DNA of 64,000 bases from Trichosphaerium sp. ATCC 40318 (taxonomy: Eukaryota > Protista > Tubulinea). The stretch's first letter is position 1; each line of letters starts with the position of its first letter. The translations under genes were made by a program, and so were the position numbers. The notes under the pieces were generated by a model. It worked only from the letters and a program-made list of their open reading frames with translations, was not told where the DNA came from and ran no database searches. Location: contig JALMLS010000256.1 of NCBI GenBank assembly GCA_038496445.1, positions 186,001 to 250,000 of the forward strand, in the 5' to 3' direction. Of the stretch, positions 13,580 to 23,650 are shown piece after piece.

Positions 13580-16024
13580 CTAATTGCAAATGCAATTCTT
13601 ACTTCTATCACAGCATACTGCATATTCTTCTCCTGAACCAGGCACAATATGACCAAACTCAAACTTAGCTTCCCAGGCTGTTTTGGCTGCAACAATCTTT
13701 GCTATAACTTCTTTATTTGCAGAGGCTTCCAAAGGGTACCTAACAATTTAATTAAATAAAATAACCACGTGATCTTTACTCTTATAATTTATCGAGAATT
13801 AGTATTAAAGATTATTAGCGTACGCTTCGCTAGGATCCACCATGACATTAAACAAGAGTGGAGGATCATGAGTTTCCTTCTTGCAAGCAGGAAGTTTACA
13901 TCTAATAAAATTCCATTAAACATTGCGTATTTTACCCAGAAGACTTACCCGCCAAGTCCTGGTGCTGTAACGAAATGAGCTTTGAATTCTCCATGTCTTA
14001 CAGCGTATATTGTTTTCACATCATTATACCTGAACACAAAAAGTCGTCGGCAAAACAATGGGCAATACAAAAAAACTTGTGCGTACATGTACAGAAAGTC
14101 ATCAACCCAAGCGCTATTCATATCTTTTGTGAGTACACTAGACATATCTTTACCATCGATTATTCTATCCGTAGGTTGAGGAACGCCAGCCTAAACATAA
14201 ATTATCGCTGCGAGAGTTCAAACAAAACTTCAAAAATAAAAAAAAATACCTGAGCCAGAAGTGTTGGTAGAATATCCATAGTAGATAACGTAGTATCAGA
14301 CCAAGATCCAGGTTTAATCTGACCTTTCCAATAAGCAAACGCTGGCTCACGTATACCTAAATGTAGGGTTTATATTTACCTCCCAAAAAGCTAAACAACA
14401 AACCTCCTTCCCATGTGGATCCTTAAAAAGGCGAGTCAGCGTAAAAGAGATCATTATTTGTTTACCTTTTCCTGTATTCCAGTATCCTGACGAAACTCCG
14501 GTAAAAAGACCTGCAGAACCTGCACCTTCCTTCATTTCTAACCACGGACCTAAAACAAAACGGAAAAGTCAAACCAAATGGTAGCCATACAAAAAAACAA
14601 GAGCATACCGTTGTCAGAAGTAAACAACACAAGAGTGTTCTCTTCGATTCCTTTAGCACGTATGGAAGTCATAATATTCTCGACCATCCTGAAAAAAACA
14701 CGTGTCAAACATAAAAAAGTCACGATACCAATCATTATGCTTACCAGTCAACTTCGTGTAATGCATCTCCGAATCTTCCTCGAGATGTTGTATTTATAAA
14801 AGGACAGCTAGCATATTGCGCAAAAGGTTGGATATCTACAGAGCGGTTTGTAAATTGCAGAGTTGTTGATGTTTCGTCATACCGTGTATAGTCACATGAA
14901 CATGTGAAAAAGGGACATATAAAAAGAACGGATCGTCTGAATGTTCATCTAGAAAATCCATAGCAAACTAGAAAGGGAAGGTTAGTTCTCACGAAATAAA
15001 CGATTCCCACTTTAACTAAAATGTCATGTTTTCTACACAAAATGAGTAGACTTTACCTTGTTATAATTGACGATAAGCTTGGTTAGATCCAATGGTTGTT
15101 CTCTTATGGTAGTTGTTCCTTTCATTTGTTGAACTAATGGGAGAGGAACTCCATCCTAAGGAATTAATAAAAAATCAAGATAGATATTAAACCTACTGCT
15201 TCGATATTTCGTCTTTCTTCTTCACTAGTGATAGATGCGATTTCATGCTCTCCATTTAATGTAAAATAGTTGTCCTTTGTATCATTGCAAGAAGATTCTC
15301 GGGCTATTGTTCCCATATCAACTGAATAAGGGATACCAAGATAGTAATCTTAAAAAAGGAAAACAGTCAACGACACAAGAGTAACGTACAAAAATATCAT
15401 TACCGAATCCTCTGTTGCCTGGGAGGTATATATCACGCTGACCTAAATGCCACTTTCCAATAGCTCCAGTTGTATAATTGGCTGTCTTAAGATACGAAGC
15501 GATTGTAGTTTCGTTCAAAGGTAAACCGCCTTTGGCTGCAGGTCCAATTACTCCAGGCATTCCAGTACGCCCAACATATCTTCCAGTGAGAAGACTTGTT
15601 CTTGAAGCAGTACATACAGGATATGCAGAGTACCTAAACGTCATAAGTAAAAATAATCACGTGTTCCAAATCAAAAACCAGAAAAGTAAGAAGAATTTTT
15701 TACCAGTTTGTTAGTTTTTTTCCTTGTTGACATAGGCTATCAATAAACGGTGTTTTAGTGGTTGGGTGACCCTACAAAAGTTTAATGGTTACTAAAGAAG
15801 GCCAATACGCTAATTTTTGTACCGTGAAACCCAAGTCTCCGTATCCTAGGTCGTCCTTAAAGAAGTTTTAGCGTTTTTGATAAAAACAGTGTCAAAAAGC
15901 CCAGTATATGTATACAAGCGCTTACCACAAAGAAAACAATGAAATTAGGTTTATCAGTAGCGCTACGAAGAGCATACGCAAAAATAGATACAACAGACAG
16001 TAATAGCAGCGCTTTTATCATCAT
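13580..16024 (-). CDS. Arylsulfatase A-like sulfatase (S1 family), secreted or lysosomal
   Basis: Signal peptide, KPNFIVFFV|DDLGYGD, CTASRTSLLTGR, GKWHLG, NTLVLFTSDNG, GKG|STWEGG, Cys-rich end CCDRSKNCICN*. Confidence 0.92.
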
Positions 16025-16711
16025 TGTCCCAGAAGACACGTGTGCCAAGTCACGTGGTGAAAAACTAATAATTTTTCTGACCAAACTTATTCTGGACCTG
16101 ATTGCTTGGTTGTGCTTTGAACTGCACGAACCTGAAGTGGCGAACCTTTTGCTATCGACTATCATGTGTACTCATCAAGAAATAACCACTTGATCAACAC
16201 TAGGTTACATACATGGAGCAAACCTTTTTCAGAAACACATACGCTGTATGTTGATGGCAAATGCCAGTTACTAAAGGTGTACAACAAGCAACAAAAAGCA
16301 ACGCTACATTGACGGAATGTTAAAGGACGACTATGTTTAAAAGTTTGGGTATCTCACTCGACCTTGTATTATGTACTTAGCTTTCACTGCATTGTTTTCG
16401 ATGGTATGTGCACAGGTCACACTCCGTGAGCTCACTGTTCAGAGGAACTACTAACCACTAATTGAGAGTTTAATTACAACGCAAATATTACAGTCGACAT
16501 AAAACTGCAAGTGTTTCTCACTACAAAAGCAATTATGTGAGTTTTCTATGATAAATCAGTTGACTTTAGTTCGATTGCATATATTGTAAGATTCCAACAA
16601 GCCTTTTGATCATGTTATCTAAAGTGGTACAAGTATAGAAAAGGAAAGTCCGTAAAATGAGGAACTCTAAGAAAGGATATAACTAGGAATGTATCATTAC
16701 AATCAAAAAAG

Positions 16712-18079
16712 ATGAACAAAGCAACAGATCAAGAAATGGCGTTTCTACAAAGTATTAGTGTAGGAGACCTAATAAGCGAAAAACAAAAGTTACACTTTTG
16801 CTACACAGGTAGGCGCTCATCGACATTAACTTTTTGTGGTTTTTTTTCCTTTTTTTTTTTAATGATTTTTTCGGCAGATACGCCAGCTGGTGATGTTTTA
16901 CAGTTATTTAAAGATAAGAATATACTATCTTGCCCAGTTTTGGATGCACAAGCCAACTATTGGAAAGGTTCGTTTTTGTTTCAATCAAACAAAAAGATTT
17001 TTATCTAGTCACGTTCTTCTGTTTGTTTTGTTACACTAAGGCTCTTAGTAGCTTTAAGCTGTTCATTTTTTCTTACCCTAAAGCTAGGTATGCTTCATTT
17101 AAGTGACATTCTTGGTCATGTGGCGTTTGATGAGGTAAGAAGAGATAGATATTTCCAAGCGAAAATAATTTTTGCTTTAGTGGTCTCCTACGTTTGCCTT
17201 CACAACACAAAACCCAAAATATAGTGGCCTAAAAACGCCTGCGTCAATGCTGATAGGTATTTTGTTCTGTAAATTAACCTATTTTCTCCTATTTTCTAAG
17301 ACAATGACAGGACGTTCCAAAGAAGGTCATTTGCTTCATCTTTATGAGCCATCAACACCACTCACAGCTATCATCAACGTACCCTATTAAATTTTCTGCT
17401 ATACACATACTTACGTTGTACTAGGTAATGGCATCTGGTGTACATAGGATACTAGTCCATACAAATGACAACAAAAGTGAACATACCATTCGAATGTTCA
17501 CACAATCAGATGTCATTATGTTCTTGCTTAAGAACACTCAAGTCTTCCAGAAAACGTTCTCAAAACCTATTGCCGCTTTCAAGACTGGTACATACCATAA
17601 ATATCGTACGTGACTACCAAAAAAAAAGCACATAAAACGCTCTAATGAAACCTTTAGTTGTGAAGATCAAAACTTCTGATACGGCCTTGTATGGGTTCCA
17701 AGCGATGTTTGCACGAGGTCTTCAAGCAGTAGCTATAGAAGATGATACAGGAGAACTAGTTGGAACTCTTTCTGCGTCTGACTTGAGAGGCACTACTGAG
17801 ATTAATCTTTACGATTTAAAGCTTCCTGTGATGAAGTATCTTGATGTTAGACAAACAAGTATATCTCCTGTATTTGGTGCTGTTTCACCAAGGGAAGTTC
17901 TGGGAAAAGTCCTAGAAAGTGTTTGCAAGCATGGATTACATAGGTACGAAGATGCAATGCGAACAAAGCTGTATGTAAGAAAATACTGACTTTAAAAAAT
18001 TAGGATGTGGGTTGTCAATGCTTTTGGTGTTGTAGAAGGTGTTATTACTCTTACAGACATATTGAATTGCTTTGCATGA
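16712..18079 (+). CDS. CBS-domain protein, paralog 2 (inverted relative to paralog 1)
   Basis: MNKATDQE...KNILSCPVLD, GVHRILV, MFTQSDVI, GTLSASDLRG, GVITLTDILNCFA*. Confidence 0.85.
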
Positions 18080-18329
18080 GCGTTGTACTTGAGAATAGAA
18101 ATAAAATCTCGAATAGAAGTCATATTCCAATGTTTAACAGTTGTAACATATACTGTACACAAGTTAATTCTTCTTTTTTTCACAATGACGGAAGGTAATA
18201 TAAAACGTAAGTCAGTTGCATAAGCTTCCTTTATTTCACTTTCACGACCTTGTCACGTTTATAAGCTATTGTCATAGCCGTATACACCCTCATCAAGGTC
18301 GTGCATGATCTCTGTGCAGATTGTAGTGT

Positions 18330-18421
18330 CAGTTTTGGAAAACTTGACCTTGACTATGTGGAAACGGTTGGACTGAAACTGGTACGTTTCCACATAGTCA
18401 AGGTCAAGCTTTCCAAAACTG
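18330..18421. ncRNA. Long near-perfect hairpin, pre-miRNA-like
   Basis: 18330-18366 is the reverse complement of 18385-18421 over 37 bp with one mismatch (a G-U pair on the minus strand); 18-nt loop; intergenic. Confidence 0.5.
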
Positions 18422-18559
18422 CAACATTTCCATTTTTGTAACAAACATCTTTACAGAATAAATTAATGCTCATTCGCAAGTTACTTTAAAAAGTAAAGGA
18501 AATAGTTTTATTTACTTCAAATTTATAGTAGGGAACTCATGGACCAATAGCTTTAACTG

Positions 18560-20034
18560 TTATTGATGCTGCCCCCAGCCTGTAATACATTCTACTGTAA
18601 AATCATTGCAATTAAATATGTAGACAGTATGAACATACTCTAATGCTTCTATACCCTCACGTGTAACATTGTTACCAACATGAATTGTATGAACACGTTT
18701 GAGTGCTTTGACTCCTTCATTTGTCACATCACAAAGCGTAATGTCAATCTCATGTACTCCAGCAAGCGCTTTGATACCAATGTCAGTTACATTAGTGTAG
18801 GCCAGCTTAATTGTATGAACCCCTCTAAGTGCTATAATGCCTTCATCCGTCACTTGAGGACAGTTTGCAAGGTCTATATAATGAACTCCAGCAAGAGCTT
18901 TAATGCCTTCGTCTGTAACCTGATCGGAGCCTCTAAGAGTTATTGTATGCACTCCTGCAAGTGCTTTGATACCTATGTCTGTAACCTTAATGCAATCCTC
19001 AAGGTCAATTGTATGAACACCTGCAAGTACTTTTATACCTTCGTCTGTCACATGCTTACAACCCTCAAGGTCAATTGTATGAACCCCTGCAAGTGCTCTA
19101 ATGCCTTCATCTGTAACATCAGAATAAGATAGATGAATAGTATGAACTCCTCCCAAAGCTGTAACACAATCATCTGCATTTTTCAATTGAGAAAGGTTAA
19201 TTGTATGAACACCTGCAAGTGCTTTAATGCCTTCATCCGTCACCCAGTTACAAGCTTTAAGTGAAATGGTATGGACACCTTTGAGCGCTTTGACACCTTC
19301 ATCTGTTATGTTATGACAATAACTAATATCAATGAAGCTAATTTGACAAGCACTTGCTAGTGCTTTCAGATCATTGTCATTAATGTGTACTTCTTCTATT
19401 TTTGGCTTTTTGATTTTGCGACATCCAGCTAATAATGAAAATATTGTGGCATCGTTGGTGTCTACTAGTTGAACAATACTATTATTCATCACACCATTGT
19501 ACTGTCTTATCTTTAAGATATCCAGATATCGCTTGAGATAAACTCTTTTGTATCCAACAACATCATGAATGACATCAGCCATAAGACGACATGATTGAGC
19601 AACAGAAAACCTATCCTTATGGCCTGTGTACTCTAGAATACTCGAAATAACTTCAGGAGGGAAAGATATGATGTTTGATTCGTTGTGAAGTGATTTCAAT
19701 TGGTCACTTTTGAAGGCAAAAAGTCAGATCAAAAGTATTATCAAGGCTTTTCAGGTTTTTTTTCAACGTACGTTTCTTGTTGTCTTCGTTTATGAGATAC
19801 ATACTTGCTTGACTGTATGCGGTCGTTAATTATTGTATTTGCTATTGTATCCACGTGTTCTTTGAGAAGTTCATCAAGTTGTTTTATGAGGCTTCCATTT
19901 ACAATGTTAACAATGTCCTTGACTTGTTTTATGAATGGTTCGTGCTGGTTTTCTTTTATTTTGCCGTAAGCTTCCGTATGGTACTCGTGAAAGTAACTCA
20001 GAGCCTGGGATACTGTTAAACCGGAGAAATTCAT
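18560..20034 (-). CDS. F-box + leucine-rich repeat protein with extra N-terminal helical domain (copy A, intact, 469 aa)
   Basis: Exon 1 20034-19772 (MNFSGL...QQET) joins in frame across intron 19771-19707 (GTACGT...AAAG) to exon 2, which has the F-box (SFPPEVISSILEY) and about 11 repeats of VTDEGIKALAGVHxIxL. Confidence 0.88.
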
Positions 20035-20092
20035 TATTTGAAGGAGTGTGGAGATATTTTTTAAGTGGATTGAATGATTCCTCAAAACCTCC

Positions 20093-20125
20093 GACTGACA
20101 TTGACTGGTCGCGTTCGTTTTTATA
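20093..20125 (-). promoter_or_regulatory. Putative core promoter (TATAAAA about 30 nt upstream of a TCAGTC initiator-like motif)
   Basis: The same TATA/TCAGTC arrangement is retained in the diverged copy C (58865-58900). The TATA is mutated to TGTAAAA in pseudogene copy B. Confidence 0.5.
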
Positions 20126-20352
20126 CTGTCCAACTACTCATAGAAACCATATAAAAAACAAGGCTACACGGCTTTATTTCTTTGAGTACTTCAACGTTCA
20201 ACAAGTGCCTAAAACAATAAAAAACAAAAATCAACAAAATTGTAGTCTTCACGGCATTATGTCTCAAGGTACGCTAGAACTGAATTCTGAATGACTTAAA
20301 CAATTGTAAATTAACCCTTCAACAAAACAGAAATGGTATACAAACGTACAAA

Positions 20353-21316
20353 TCATGTAACCTTCAGGTCCAAGTTTTTTTGTACATGCTGTTTATTAAC
20401 CGAGCTATCTTTAATGGAAGTGCTCGTTCTTTCCACTATAAACGGATATATGTATCTAGAACTGTAATGACTATGGGTTATTATATCTTTAACCAAGACA
20501 TTTGAATGATACAAAAAATGGTGAGTATAAATTTGCTTGCTATTGTTTTTTACCATTGACACACATGTAATGATTCTTAACTTTACTATCTTCATACCAT
20601 GAAGTGTAATCTCCTTCGAGTAAATCATTTACATAAGACTGCATTTGACCATTTTTATACCACATCATGTACTCTCCTTCTCGCTTTCCATTGACGTAGT
20701 GTGAATGAACAAATATTTGACCACTAATATACCAAAACTTACAGTCTCCTTCACATTAACATAAAAATACTTTGACTTAAATCCACCACCTTTGTACCAT
20801 TCATTGTACTCTCCTTGATATTCCTCATTTTTAACAAAATTACATTGTAGCTTTAATTGACAATTTGAATGCCATTTTCATAACTTTCCTATATTTTTCC
20901 CATCTGTATAAGTACACTCCTTCTTCAAATTACCATTTTCATGCCACTCTTTTGTACTTTCCTTCATACTCCCCATTGATAAAATAACAAACCTGCTTTA
21001 ATTGCCATCGTTGTACCACAATTTAAACTCTCCATTACCTTTACCCTTATCCCATATGCTGTGTTCGACTAATTGACTATGGAAAAGCCAACGCTTATTT
21101 TAAGCCACTTGCCATGTTTTTTCAAGTCATAAGCAAATCTTGTTAGCTGTTTGTTTTGACAAAGAGGCTTTTAAGTATATTTCAAAGTCTAGATCAATTA
21201 TATCATACTGTAGTTCTACTGGAAGGCATAATAGATGACACGTATCTGATTTTAAAGTATTTATCTACTATTCGTTAGGTACTCTTTTAAGTACACTACT
21301 ATACCTTTGGTTCCAT
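20353..21316 (-). pseudogene. Decayed F-box-like + MORN repeat gene with micro first exon
   Basis: ATG GAA CCA AAG|GT...AG|INTLKSDTCHLLCLPVELQYDIIDLD, then MORN units (NGEFKLWYNDG, KEWHENGNLK, GEYNEWYKGG) broken by many stops and frameshifts. Confidence 0.8.
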
Positions 21317-21439
21317 TTGTGGGCGTAAATAACGAAGCTAGAGCGGATTAGCAGTCACGTGTTTTATTCCCTCAGCAGGTGAAAACTCGCACAAAATTGA
21401 CTTTCTGAAATGCTTTGGCAGCTACTCGTGGACAGTTGT

Positions 21440-21580
21440 TGCAGTGAGTTTATTGAACGCACGTATTTTGATCTATTATCCTAAAATATCGTGAATGATA
21501 GAAGCAAGGTAGTGGCATGCTGTAAATCTTGCTTTAGTGTATGAAGTAACATGGGTTAAAATCTGTTGGAAGGTCATGCC
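21440..21580 (-). pseudogene. Relic of the F-box-LRR family F-box region
   Basis: Reverse translation FQQILTHV...ARFTACHYLASIIHDILG** resembles SCHLMADIIHDIVGY in copy C. Confidence 0.5.
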
Positions 21581-21891
21581 TTTTCCCACTAGTGGTTAGG
21601 TTTATACTAATGCCAGTGCCTTAGGTATTTGGTGTTTAAGCCCTTTTGAAACAGTGAGCAAGGCTTTAATACTTGAGTATTAAAGGCAGAAAATTACGGT
21701 ATTTTCTGTTGAATGATCGTTTTTTTTTTTGATTGATTTGATAAAAGCCACTTATTACCCAAGTCTAGACTTAACATCTTTATTTTATTTTATACAGTAC
21801 ACATACGTTGAGTTTACTTTGGAATACACATATGAGTGTTTCTTCATATACAACAGTACCTCTCAGTTTTCGTTTTTCGGCAACAGATCAC

Positions 21892-23030
21892 ATGAAAAAC
21901 GCTTTAACTTCTCGCCAACAACCTCCACAACTCAATACGGAGTCAAATAATATATTAGATAGGCAAACTCTGCACAGAAGTACGTTTCATTTAAACTACA
22001 TATGAACGTAGTAGAATTCTAAACTGACTTTTTGTTAAGACGAGCCTTTTCATGATACTGAGTACATGGTGAACGCAGATCAATCTCTTCAAGAACAACA
22101 AGAAGACTTTAAAGAGATGAAAGACTATGTCGGAAATAGACAGAAGTTGTATGGAGAAGCTATAAAGCCGGCACTCAAAACTAGTACTCCTCAAGTGACG
22201 TGCGTGAAAAAATATTTAAAAAAAAAACGCTTTAAAAAAACCGTTTAACTCTTTTTTTTGGCTAACCTTTTGCCTAGAAACAATAGAACGTGGTTTGAGT
22301 TCTTTACGGTATCTATTAGGGGTAATACTGTACCTGGTACTTTCAAATCTTATGATCCCAAAAGCGAAAAAAGAACTTGTAAGTACCCTACTTTTTTACT
22401 TTGTTTTTATTTTGAAAGTTCAACTACACTTCATTGTTCTGATTATTATTTGTTGCTTTAGATTTACGTAAAAAGAGAAAGGTCAGTTTCAGAAAACGTG
22501 AGGCCTCTTTCATTAAGCGTAGAAAAACGGATAGTTCCTCAAAGGTTGATTCTTCCCCTGAAACTCCTAAACAGAGCGAACTTCATTTTGTCAATCAGAG
22601 CCAGGCCTCTCTTGAGGTATCTGAACAACAGAAGAATGATAAACAGAATAGTGACGCTCTAGTGACAAATTCGTCTCCTTATTCCGATACTCTTACCGAT
22701 TCTTGTCCTATTGCGCATCGTGAAACGTGTAAAACTGACAACAGAGTGAATCCTCCCTCTGATCAGGCTTCTCCTCTTGCTATGCCTGAACACGAAGATC
22801 AGTATCAAGAAAGCGCTCCTGTTGAAGACCGCAACGATGATGCAGGACCTACACCAATGGACCTAGAATGGCCTTCTTTGCCGGTTGATCCTTCCACGCC
22901 TCCACTATTACGAACAGATAGTCAAGAGATGTTCAATATACTCAGGCTTTCTCAACACACGGATATTTTAACAGCTTGTGACAGTCCTCCTGGGTACCTA
23001 ACGTTTTCTCAGTTTATGAGGAATGTCTAG
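21892..23030 (+). CDS. Orphan 4-exon protein X (basic NLS-like core, acidic/Pro-rich tail), copy 1
   Basis: MKNALTSRQQPP|NEPFHD...STPQVT|NNRTWFEFF...KRT|YLRKKRKVSFRKRE. All three introns are conserved in the inverted copy at 55703-56896. Possible 1-nt frameshift near the C-terminus. Confidence 0.75.
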
Positions 23031-23650
23031 AAAATCCGTCCTATAAGTTCATAAGACTCCAATGTGCAAAAAGCCTATACTTGTAATCGAAATAAACCTT
23101 ACTTTTGAAAAATAGAGGAAAAGCAATTCACTAAGTAGTTACAAAGTATTCCCTTTGAACCTTCTCCTGCTAGCACCCGTTACACTAATAATGTGCTTGT
23201 GTATGGTTTAGGTTGTAAGGTATGCACGTGACAAACTAAAAATCAATAATCGTTTTGTGATCAACAAGACGGACAATTCCTATGTCCATGCATGTTGAAA
23301 TTGTTAATTATCAAAATCTTGCCTTTGGGTTTGACCCAAAATAACACTACTAAGCCTGATTCACTTATTCTGAAACCCGTAAATGCCATAGTACTAATAC
23401 AATTTTGGGGTTTACAACTACGAGATTCGGGTTTTGGGTTTGTGAATATTCGCTGATCCGCGTCCCAAAATGGAATACTCGCTTCCCAACCCCTCCGTAC
23501 ACAGAAGTGTTGAAGAAGATTGTACAAGAAGGTTTATTTCTAACCCGTTAAAAGAAGTAGTCGCTTTCTTTTTGGAACTTTTCTGTGCAATGCCCGAAAA
23601 TAGCCTCTGCTTAACCAAGACGTAATATAATACGACAAACAACACAAGCA

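Larger units (their letters stand above)
18494..20330. repeat. Left arm of inverted duplication 1 (partner 32186-33657)
   Basis: Reverse-complement match covering the 3' UTR with AATAAA, the F-box-LRR gene, the promoter and the MSQ micro-exon. Confidence 0.92.

Noticed and set aside
18259-18444. 61-aa ORF spanning the hairpin
   Set aside because: TTG start, no recognisable homology; better explained as a by-product of the inverted repeat.
18680-19132. Cys-rich repetitive ORFs antisense to the LRR genes (also 57814, 33170) and to the MORN gene (31446)
   Set aside because: Shadow frames of the repeat-coding strand.
18650-19320. CRISPR-like constant/variable periodicity
   Set aside because: In-frame 63-66-nt coding LRR units in a eukaryotic gene; no cas genes.
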